Source of the DNA: Eledone cirrhosa
Taxonomy: Eukaryota
DNA length: 64,000 nt
Assembly (NCBI GenBank): GCA_964016885.1
Contig: OZ024748.1
Coordinates: 48,856,001-48,920,000 of the forward strand
Reading direction: 5' to 3'
Position numbers and translations under genes: made by a program
The notes under the pieces: generated by a model
What the model saw: only the letters and a program-made list of their open reading frames with translations
What the model was told of the DNA's origin: nothing
Databases searched by the model: none
Part shown: positions 54,017-64,000 of the stretch, in pieces
Position numbering within the stretch: the first letter of the stretch is position 1
How the letters are laid out: every line of letters begins with the position of its first letter

Positions 54017-54655
54017 CACACACAAACACACACACACACACCCATATACTACGAGTATGTGTAGATATATATGCTTGAGTGTGTTGCTGTGTATTCAGAT
54101 TCATATGACATCTCTGTATGTGTGTGTATAGTCCTGTACAAGTATATATGTTATTGTTGTAATTAGTGGTGGTGGTGGTGGTCATAGTAGTAGCGGTATT
54201 GGTGGTGGTGGTGGTGGTGGTGGTTGTGTTGGTAGTAGTGGTGGTGGTAGTGGTGGTAGTAAAGGAAGTGAAAAAATCCTGACTTTCATCAGTAATGCAG
54301 TGTTTTCTTCTGTTTATACAATCCATGCCAGCTACTTGAAGAGACGTGAAGTTATCTCAAGCACCCTATTGTTCTATTTTCTTACAATACATTGTTGCAA
54401 AAACAAAATAAAATTCTTAGCACTGACATGATGCTCAAAACATTTTAGCTGCCAGCAGCTAAAGGGCGCATAACTTCTGCTCGTAAAAAAAAAAAAAAAA
54501 AATAGATGCTGGTATGGCTGTGTGGTTAAAGAAATTCTCTTCCCAATTGTGTGGGTCTATTTTGGGTTCAATCCACTGTGTAGCACCTTCAGTAAGTGAC
54601 CCTTACTATGGTCTTGCATTGACCAATGTCTTGTGAATGGAATATGTATATGTAT

Positions 54656-54993
54656 TCATTTTCATTAAATTTTACGTCCGCTTTTTCCCTGCTTGCAAGG
54701 GTGGGACGGGAACTGATTCTGGCTTGATTTCTACAGCTGGATGCCCTTCCTAACACCAACCTCATTTACAGTGAGTGCTGGGTGCTTTTTTGCCGTGGCA
54801 CCTCCACGACCACTTTGCAGTGGAATGATATGGACCCCAGTCCCTATCATCTCATTTCTACAGCTGAGTAAACTGGAGCAATGTGAAATAAAGTGTCTTG
54901 CTCAAGGAAACAACACATCACCCGGTCTGAGAATTGAACTCACAACCTTTCGATTGCAAGGCCAATGCTCTAACCACTAAGCCATGTGCCTCC
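54656..54993 (-). mobile_element. Full-length SINE family A
   Basis: Near-identical reverse complement of 10040-10383. Confidence 0.92.
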
Positions 54994-55000
54994 ATATCTA

Positions 55001-55053
<53 letters not shown>

Positions 55054-55054
<1 letters not shown>

Positions 55055-55401
55055 AGAAGGAGAATCAGGGTGGAGAGAGAGGCACTGCACCCCAGTAAAT
55101 TTACTGAAAGGTGGGTGAATGAAGCGAAAATGGCCCGAGTGATTGGGCCTTCTCTGTTTATAAGCCTGTAGGTTGAGGAAGAGAGCAAAAGGAAGAAAGG
55201 AGCACTTGCACAACACGCTCCTTGAGTTGAGGGTTGTTCTATCGACGGGGTATTAAACAACCCATTTGTGGCGCCTCCCCCCTATTGGGGATTTCGATTG
55301 TTGAAATTGTTTTTATATTTTTTACACAACTGTATGTAAAATCCCCGGCATGTCTTTGTATTGTCCCCTTTCTTGTTGCGCCCTTGTGGCTAATAAAGAA
55401 A
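55054..55401 (+). mobile_element. 5'-truncated Tx1/L1-like LINE within (TATC)n
   Basis: RRRIRVEREALHPSKFTERWVNEAKMARVIGPSLFISL* homologous to the 4638 ORF; TATC repeats on both sides. Confidence 0.75.
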
Positions 55402-55421
55402 TCTATCTATCTATCTATCTA

Positions 55422-55634
55422 TCACATAAGAAATGGAGAATCAGTGGTGCGACGAATCAAAATTTGGAAACTCTGCTTCGAAAGATTAAGAGACGTATCT
55501 GAGGATCTTGCGATTTCAGAGTCCGGTTCGATCATTGCATCGATCGTGCCTCGAGCTGGTCACCAGAGAAACGATTGTAATATGTCTAATAAATTTTAAT
55601 TCGTTGCACCACTGATTCTCCGTTTCTTATGTGA
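55422..55634. mobile_element. MITE with ~44-bp TIRs and TA target-site duplication
   Basis: TCACATAAGAAATGGAGAATCAGTGGTGCGACGAATCAAAATTT versus reverse complement of 55591-55634, 3 mismatches; TA on both flanks. Confidence 0.85.
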
Positions 55635-55709
55635 TATTATACTCTGCTTTGTAAGAGTATGGAGTGCTCAAACGGCCTACTGCTTACGGACGCTTTAAGC
55701 ATCCCACAC

Positions 55710-56088
55710 GGCTTCCTAAAACAGTGTTTCTTTAGAAATACGAAATGTCTATACACATTTGTATAAAGTTATGCTTGAAGCGAAATACTATTTCTTTTCT
55801 ATTATAGGTTGAGCCAACTTATGCAGCTTCATATGTAAATGAGATTAATCACCTCATTTACACAGACGAGAAAACTATATATTCTCAACTGTTTTCAAGT
55901 CCAGCAGTTGCAAGTGGTGGGAGGGACTATCCTGACGAAGGCCAGTCAAGCCTGAAATGCATAGACGGTTGTCCTCCTTGCTTCTGCTGGACACCACCAG
56001 AGGGCGTCAGCCCCAGTGTTTCATAGCTATGGCTTCCTAAAACCGTGTTTCTTTAGAAATACGAAATTTCTATACATATTTGTATAAA
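55710..56088 (+). mobile_element. Penelope-pLTR/retrozyme-like unit: 58-bp direct repeats 321 bp apart enclosing a hammerhead
   Basis: GGCTTCCTAAAAC...TTTGTATAAA at 55710 and 56031. Confidence 0.6.
55920..55977 (+). ncRNA. Type I minimal hammerhead ribozyme
   Basis: CTGACGA-AGGC(CAGTCAA)GCCT-GAAA-TGCA-TA; palindromic stem III ATGCAT; partial stem I. Confidence 0.65.
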
Positions 56089-56369
56089 ACTAATTCTTTT
56101 ATATATATATATATATATATATGTAAGTATGCATGTATACGTACATACATATATGTATACAGACGTACAGTAGCATGCACATATATATATATATATATAC
56201 ATATATACATACATATGCATACAGGTACACATACATATATGCACGTATCAATTTAGCGGCGCTTATTATAACGTCACTTTGTTCGTTTGTAAACAAACTG
56301 AACAGCCTGAATTTATGCCATACGGTGTTAAGGCAACCACGTCACCTTTTTGTTCAACACTGACACAGG

Positions 56370-56414
56370 AACGATGTACTAGTTTCAAGCTTGTTAGCTA
56401 TCATCAGCACCGTT
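56370..56414 (-). ncRNA. Type I minimal hammerhead ribozyme (left-arm copy)
   Basis: Exact reverse complement of 56591-56635. Confidence 0.7.
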
Positions 56415-56590
56415 TACCCATCTGCCAGATAGTTGAACGTTCGAAAGTATATACTTTGCTTATGAAAATTATCGTTTTCGGTATGCCTGACCGATTTAAC
56501 TCACTCAATATGCAAATTAGGCTGCTCAGCCGTTAATTTTCATAAGGAAAGTATATACTTTCGAACGTTCAACTATCTGGCAGATGGGTA

Positions 56591-56635
56591 AACGGTGCTG
56601 ATGATAGCTAACAAGCTTGAAACTAGTACATCGTT
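56591..56635 (+). ncRNA. Type I minimal hammerhead ribozyme (right-arm copy)
   Basis: AACGGTG-CTGATGA-TAGCT(AACA)AGCTT-GAAA-CTAG-TA-CATCGTT: 7-bp stem I, palindromic stem III ACTAGT, GUA triplet. Confidence 0.7.
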
Positions 56636-57051
56636 CCTGTGTCAGTGTTGAACAAAAAGGTGACGTGGTTGCCTTAACACCGTATGGCATAAATTCAGGC
56701 TGTTCAGTTTGTTTACAAACGAACAAAGTGACGTTATAATAAGCGCCGCTAAATTGATACGTGCATATATGTATGTGTACCTGTATGCATATGTATGTAT
56801 ATATGTATATATATATATATGTGCATGCTACTGTACGTCTGTATACATATATGTATGTACGTATACATGCATACTTACATTTAAGTAAGTGCCATACTAA
56901 GAGTGAGAAATGAAATTTCGTTTTCATTTTGTTTCAATTTATATATATATATATATATATATAAACAACCTAGCAGCTCCCTCAAGCACTGATGGTGATT
57001 ATCGCTAAATATTGATGTTGGTTTGGTTATCAATATTAATATTATTGGGCA

Positions 57052-57174
57052 CCCACTGAAGAATTATAAGAGCCCACTTGAATAAGTATGTGTTGATTTT
57101 ATACAAGCTTCTACATAAATTGGTATAATTTCACCCAACTTGTAGAAATCTTATAGTGAAACGAGTCGTCTGGG
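57052..57174 (+). ncRNA. Type I hammerhead ribozyme with extended stem II
   Basis: CCCA-CTGAAGA-ATTATAAGA...TCTTATAGT-GAAA-CGAGTCG-TC-TGGG; GUC triplet. Confidence 0.6.
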
Positions 57175-57344
57175 AAGTGATATATTTGATATGTCTCATA
57201 TGAAATGATACGGCCAATTTTCCACACAATACAATTAGTTAGCACTCCGAACGTTTAATTAGTAATATACTCAGGTATTTCCTAATGTTTGTTGAGTGAG
57301 TTGGAATTTGGCCGGAGTATCGCTATTAGCTTTCTCCGATTATG

Positions 57345-57400
<56 letters not shown>

Positions 57401-57497
57401 GAGTGAGAGAGATTAGGATTTTATCAGTTTTTGACTAGTAAGACCATTATTCAGCAGAGTAATCGATATTTGGGGTAGTAGAGTGTGACTCTATGAG

Positions 57498-57609
57498 AGA
57501 TAGTCAGGGCCCGACAGCTGAGCATTTGCCGTTTTAACAGCTAATTCCAGACCTGTCTGGAATCAGCTGTTGAAATGGCAGGAGCTCAGCTGTTGGGCCC
57601 CAACTATCT
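57498..57609. repeat. 112-bp imperfect palindrome within a dispersed repeat (partial relative at 7160-7270, -)
   Basis: AGATAGTCAGGGCCCGACAGCTGAGC...TTCCAGAC-CT-GTCTGGAA...GCTCAGCTGTTGGGCCCCAACTATCT. Confidence 0.85.
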
Positions 57610-57992
57610 GTAATATATATATATTTTGGTATCCACCATGTTAGAGTAAAAAACAAATTTTGTTTTTAATTTTGTTTTTAATTTTCGGCAAAGCTGGCCA
57701 TAAAATCACTCAGTATGCAAATTAGTCTAATCAGCTGATGTATACCTTTTAGAATACTATGTATTCTCAGCTGTGTCAGCGGGTAGCAGTGACACAGAGA
57801 GACAGTCTTGATAAGGGGAAATAGCTCTGAAACAATTGTCATCTATTTTCTCTGTGCTACCGCTCGAACAAAAGGATGACATCAGTCATGTAGAAAACAG
57901 ACATGATGTTACACGGCTGTTTGCTTGCAAATGAACCAAATATTAATATTATTATTATTATTATTAACTCACAAATATATATGTATATATAT

Positions 57993-58425
57993 ATCACTCA
58001 TGATCATGGTCCCGAGATACTTGAACCTCTCCGCCTGCTTCAGTGGAACTCCAGAGTGCACTGCGCAGGTTTCCTTGAGAGGACAAGTGCCTCAGTTTTC
58101 ACAGCACTGATTTTCATTCTAGCCATGCAGCACTCTATCGAGTGCAAGTTGGAGATCACCTTGTGTTGAGTTAAGTAATACCATGTCGAGTGATGGAAGG
58201 CAGGAAGCTGAATTAAGTTCAAGAATTGCAGGAGCTGCTGCAGTAATGCGCTAGCTTCAGCATTCGGTTATCAGAAGAAGGGAGATGGGTGTAAAAGCCA
58301 GACTGGCTATCTTTAATTTGGTATTCATGTCAACCCTTACCTATTGTCGTGATTCTTGGGTAATGACCGAAAGAATACGATCACGAAGTCAAACGACCAA
58401 AATGGGGTTCCTCCAAAGGGTCTAT
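57993..58425. mobile_element. RTE (Expander-like) fragment with inverted 5' part
   Basis: Minus part MKISAVKTEALVLSRK...FKYLG; plus part SDGRQE...SRI...LTY...SWVMTERIRSR. Confidence 0.7.
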
Positions 58426-59169
58426 ATATCACATGTCCATACCATCACAATCTTTTCTCCTGCACACCACATAAAACATACAGTTTTAAACATATTTTGT
58501 TTTGTTTCAGTTTATTGTATCTTACCTCATTTCTACTTTGTTTTATCTCATCTCCTAACCTTCAACTATAACAACTACAAAACCTATTATATATGTGTGT
58601 GTGCGTTTGTGTGTGTATGTATATATATTGTTTTTGTTTTAAATTATGTTTTATGATTTTTTTTATTTCTTGACTGTCAGCCATTAAATCTCGGTTGCCA
58701 TAGAAACAGTTTTTAGATCTTTATATATTTTCTAATTCTAATTCACTTGTAATTGTAAATAATTACATTTTATTGTTATTATCTACCTCTGTGAGCCACC
58801 CACCTCCACCCCCCTTGCCTGATACCACGCCCTCATTGCTATCTTAGTGTTGATGTGCATACATATATACACATATATATGTAGTCATTCATGTGGTTGA
58901 ATATATATGTATATATAATGTATACATACGTATATATATATATACATATATAAATGATTTCTACAGAACTAGAACTGTTTCATTCATGTTTCAATCATCT
59001 TTAACACGTATCTGAATATATAAATACAAAGGTTATTAGAAAAACGAGGCATATATGTTGATATTCACTGAATCACTTATTAAATACTGGAAAAACTTAC
59101 ATGTGTTTCAGTGTGTTACATAATGGTGGTGGATTGTCAGAATCAGTAGAGGGTCAGATGCCTGGAAAT

Positions 59170-59440
59170 AGAGATCAACTGCATGTGGGGGATGACCACA
59201 AACACTATCCCTGTGGTAACAGGAGCATTAGGATTAATACCCAAATCATCAGACCTGCCCCTTGGTGTCCTTCCCTGCAAGATCAGTAAATATGAGCTAC
59301 AAAAGATCAGGCTACTAGGAACAGCTCACATTCTCAGACGAGCTCTTCTCTCTCTCTACAATGAAAACCTCTATAGCCCTAGGTTCAAGGCCTGAACCCG
59401 GCAATAGAGAAACAGAACTGAGCTAAACGAAATAACACAA
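59170..59440 (+). mobile_element. R4/Dong 3' fragment
   Basis: MWGMTTNTIPVVTGALGLIPK...LQKIRLLGTAHILRRAL. Confidence 0.75.
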
Positions 59441-59454
59441 TAATGATAATCATA

Positions 59455-59872
59455 ATTTCTACTCTAGGCACAAGGCCAGCAATTTGGGGGGAGGGGAAAA
59501 TCGATTAAATCAACCCCAGTGCGTAACTGGTGCTTTATTTTATCGACCCCGAAAGAAAGAAAGGCAAAGATAACCTCGGCGGGATTTGAACACAGAACCT
59601 AAAGGGCCATAAGTCTATGTTGCAAAGCATGTTTTCCGTCACTCTACCGATTCTGCCAGTCCACCGCCCTATATAATAATATTTGTTTCTACTTTTGGCA
59701 CAAGGCCAGCAAATATCCCAGTGTATTACTGGTACTTTATTTTATCGACCCCGTAAGGATGAAAGGCAAAGTTAACCTTGGCGAGATTTGAACTCAGAGC
59801 ATAAAGGTCCGTAACTCTTTGCTGCAAAGCATGGCGTCCGACTCTCTACCGATACTGCCAATCCACCACCCT
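59455..59872 (-). mobile_element. Two tandem SINE family B copies (59455-59670, 59682-59872)
   Basis: Reverse complements of 11731-11916. Confidence 0.85.
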
Positions 59873-59919
59873 TATAATAATAATAATAATAATGATAATA
59901 ATAATAATAATAATAATAA

Positions 59920-60279
59920 AAACATTTGAAAATTTGAGCAAGAGATAGAAATTGGAAAAATGTGGAAATTGAGAACTAAAACAATACCAGTGGTTGTAGG
60001 CGCTCTAGGAATGATACCTAAGGGGTCTAATGATTACTTATCACAAATCCCAGGAAACCCGCGTATAGGAGAAATACAAAAGATAGTACTAATGGGAACT
60101 GCCCATATACTAAGGAAGATTCTGTCAATATAAGTACATCACAAGTCTAAACACCTAAAGATACATGTGTGTGTGTGTGTATGTTCTTTCTTGAACATGG
60201 CGGACCTTGTTGTCTCTTGAGGTCACTGGTTGTGACTTGTTGATAACTAGTATGAACATAAAGCAAGATAAATGCAGCT

Positions 60280-60280
<1 letters not shown>
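59920..60280 (+). mobile_element. R4/Dong 3' fragment flanked by (TAA)n
   Basis: EIGKMWKLRTKTIPVVVGALGMIPK...IQKIVLMGTAHILRKILSI*; AAT repeats on both sides. Confidence 0.8.
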
Positions 60281-60310
<30 letters not shown>

Positions 60311-60750
60311 TTTCTTTATTGGCCACAAGGGCTGACATCAAGAAAAACATTACAGACGGCACAGGACGGTACAGGACGGTATGATGTGGGTTTTGTGCGT
60401 GTAAATATTTTTATTATTTATATAAGAAAAGAAAAAAAAAGACAGAAACATATATATATATAAACAATAAAAATAAAAATTGAAACAATGAAAAATTCCC
60501 CAATAGGGGGGAAACCTCTGAGGGTTACTCGTGGCGAAAACCACACAAAAGACCACGGCCACCCTGACCACCAGGGCAAGCGCCCTCTCTCAATTTTTCC
60601 ATCTCTCAAACTACAGACGTATATTCAGAGTGGTCCCGTTCACTCGGACCATTCTCGCTACATTCACCCACCTTTCAACAAACTTGCTAGAAGGCAGCAC
60701 TTGCCTCTCCACCCTGATTTTCCTCTTCAAGTGAAACTTGAAAAAGTTAA
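60311..60750 (-). mobile_element. 5'-truncated Tx1/L1-like LINE within (ATT)n
   Basis: FFKFHLKRKIRVERQVLPSSKFVERWVNVARMVRVNG; ends GGCCAATAAAGAAATC(ATT)n. Confidence 0.75.
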
Positions 60751-60924
60751 AAATAATAATAATAATAATAGAGAAATTCTGAAGAACAGGTTGAGAAATG
60801 TGTGAAGGATGTAGATTTTTTTCATTAGTGAAATATATAAGGAAAAAACAGAACAAAATCTTTGTTTCTGTAAACGACTTCTTGGAAGCTTGAAGAACAA
60901 AGGTGAAAAAACATTTGTAGACAA

Positions 60925-62045
60925 TTGTTGTTGTTTTTGGTGGTGGTGTTGCAGTTGTTGTTGGTGGTGGTGGTGTTGCAGTTGTTTTTGGTGGTGGTGG
61001 TGTTGGTGGTGGTGGTGTTGGTGGTGGTGGTGTTGCAGTTGTTTTTGGTGGTGGTGGTGCAGTTGTTGGTGGTGGTGGTGGTGTTGGTGGTGGTGGTGGT
61101 GTTGCAGTTGTTGTTGGTGGTGGTGGTGTTGCAGTTGTTGTTGGTGGTGGTGGTGTTGGTGGTGGTGGTGTTGCAGTTGTTTTTGGTGGTGGTGGTGCAG
61201 TTGTTGGTGGTGGTGGTGGTGTTGGTGGTGGTGGTGGTGTTGCAGTTGTTGTTGGTGGTGGTGGTGTTGCAGTTGTTGTTGGTGGTGTTGCAGTTGTTGT
61301 TGGTGGTGGTGGTGTTGCAGTTGTTGGTGGTGCAGTTGTTGTTGTTGGTGGAGGTGTTGCAGTTGTTGGTGTTGCAGTTGTTGTTGGTGTTGTTGGCGTT
61401 GTTGTTGGTGTTGGCGTTGTTGTTGGTGGTGATGTGATGGTAATGGAGGTGCTTGTATGGTTGTTTGTGTATGTGTGTGTGGTGGTGTGGTTGTGTGTGT
61501 GTGTGGTGGTGGTGTGGCTGTGTGTGGATGTGTGTATGTGTGTGGTGGTGTGGTTGTATGGTTGTGTGTATGTATGTGTGGTGGTGGTGTGTGTGTGTGG
61601 TTGTGTGTGTATATGTGTGTGGTTGTGTGTGTGTGTATGTGTGGTGGTGTTGTTGTATGTGTGTGTGGTGGTGTGGTTGTGTGCGTATGTGTGTGTCGTA
61701 TGTGCATGTGGTTGTGTGTGTGTGTGTGTGGTTGTATGTGTGTGTGGTTGTGTGTGTGTGTGTGGTTGTGTGTTCCATGTCTCATGAAACGATTTTATAA
61801 TTTAGTCAGTAAAAACAATCCTAAACACCACAACAACATCATCAACCTCATCAACATCACCACCACCATAACAAGCTCAACAACAACAACAACAACCACC
61901 ACAAGCATAACAGCATCATCAACCATTACCACCACCACCACTACAACAACAACAACTACCATAACTATAACATTATCATCAACCATCATCATGGCAACAA
62001 CAACCACCACAACAACAACAACCACCACCACCACCACAACACCAC

Positions 62046-62078
<33 letters not shown>

Positions 62079-62545
62079 CTACCACAATAACAACCCCCCC
62101 CCACCACCACATCATCACCACCAACTACCACCACAACAACAACAACCACCACCACAACACCACCACCACCATCATCATCACCATCATAATAACAACCACA
62201 ACCACAACCACCACCACAACACCACAACCACCACCACAACACCACAACCACCACCACAACACCATCATCACCATCATCCACTACCACAATAACAACCACC
62301 ACCACCACCACCACCACAACATCATCACCACCAACTACCACAATAACAACTGTAACAACAACAACTACTACCACAACCACCACCACCACCACATCATCAC
62401 CACCAACTACCACAATAACAACTGTAACAACAACAACTACTACCACAGTAACAACCACAACCACCACCACCACCACACCATCATCATCATCACCACCAAC
62501 TACCACAATAACAACCGTAACAACAACTACTACCACAACAACATC
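60925..62545. repeat. (GTG/GTT)n, (GT)n and (CAC/CAA)n repeats
   Basis: Seen directly. Confidence 0.9.
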
Positions 62546-62629
62546 ATTGAAGTTTATTGTATTTATGGCCTCAATGTTTTTTGTTTTCTCTTTTAAGAGT
62601 GTTTATTGGATTTTACATCTATCAGCTAA

Positions 62630-64000
62630 ATATCATATCCTATTATATTGTATTATATTGTATTGTATCATATATTATATTATATCATATATTATACTAT
62701 ATTATATCATATATTATACTATATTATATTGTATTGTATTGTATATTATATTATATCATATATTATACTATATTATATTGTATTGTATTGTATATTATAT
62801 TATATCATATATTATACTATATTATATTGTATTGTATTGTATATTATATTATATCATATATTATACTATATTATATTGTATTGTATTGTATATTATATTA
62901 TATCATATATTATACTATATTGTATTGTATTGTATATTATATTATATCATATATTATACTATATTATATTATATTGTATTGTATTATATCATATATTATA
63001 TTATATATTATACTATATTATATTATATCATATATTATATTATATATTATACTATATTATATTATATCATATATTATACTACATTATATTATATCATATA
63101 TTATACTATATTATATCATACTATATTATATTATATCATATATTATACTATATTATATCATACTATATTATATTATATCATATATTATATTATATCATAT
63201 ATTATACTACATTATATTATATCATATATTATACTATATTATATCATACTATATTATATTATATCATATATTATACTATATTATATCATACTATATTATA
63301 TTATATCATATATTATACTATATTATATCATACTATATTATATTATATCATATATTATATTATATCATATATTATACTATATTATATTATATCATATATT
63401 ATACTATATTATATTATATCATATATTATACTATATTATATCATACTATATTATAGTATATCATATATTATACTATATTATATCATACTATATTATATTA
63501 TATCATATATTATATTATATCATATATTATACTATATTATATCATATATTATACTATATTATATTATATCATATATTATACTATATTATATTATATCATA
63601 TATTATACTATATTATATTATATCATATATTATACTATATTATATTATATCATATATTATACTATATTATATTATATCATATATTATACTATATTATATT
63701 ATATCATATATTATACTATATTATATTATATCATATATTATACTATATTATATTATATCATATATTATACTATATTATATTATATCATATATTATACTAT
63801 ATTATATCATACTATATTATAGTATATCATATATTATACTATATTATATTATATCATATATTATACTATATTATATTATATCATATATTATACTATATTA
63901 TATCATACTATATTATAGTATATCATATATTATACTATATTATATCATACTATATTATATTATATCATATATTATACTACATTATATTATATCATATATT
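62630..64000. repeat. AT-rich pentamer-based satellite (TATTA/TACTA/TATCA)
   Basis: Seen directly; runs off the window end. Confidence 0.95.

Larger units (their letters stand above)
56121..56880. repeat. Near-perfect palindrome: ~350-bp arms (56121-56471 / 56534-56880), ~62-bp spacer
   Basis: Arms are reverse complements; ORFs 56279+ and 56526- share the same peptide. Confidence 0.97.

Noticed and set aside
60727-63456. Poly-Q/H/T/IY ORFs and similar CV/YI/TH ORFs throughout the window
   Set aside because: Microsatellite translations

Overview
Eukaryotic, AT-rich and extremely repeat-dense DNA. The SINE families and microsatellite load resemble an octopus/coleoid cephalopod (inference). 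The only host-gene sequence I can support is one 350-bp + strand exon (10741-11090) encoding most of an MBD5/MBD6-type methyl-CpG-binding domain, so much of the window is probably intronic. The rest comprises: one intact RTE-clade LINE ORF (46976-50230, -) with a C4HC3 PHD finger inserted inside its RT domain; fragments of R4/Dong, CRE, Tx1-like and other RTE LINEs; at least three tRNA-SINE families; several MITEs; and large minisatellites, two visibly born from RTE/SINE sequence. The most notable signals are a cluster of type I hammerhead-ribozyme motifs at 52.8-57.2 kb, two of them in the arms of a 760-bp palindrome, and a ~300-bp perfect inverted repeat whose arms lie 13 kb apart. Almost all other ORFs in the track are microsatellite artefacts. 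All alignments and folds were done by eye.
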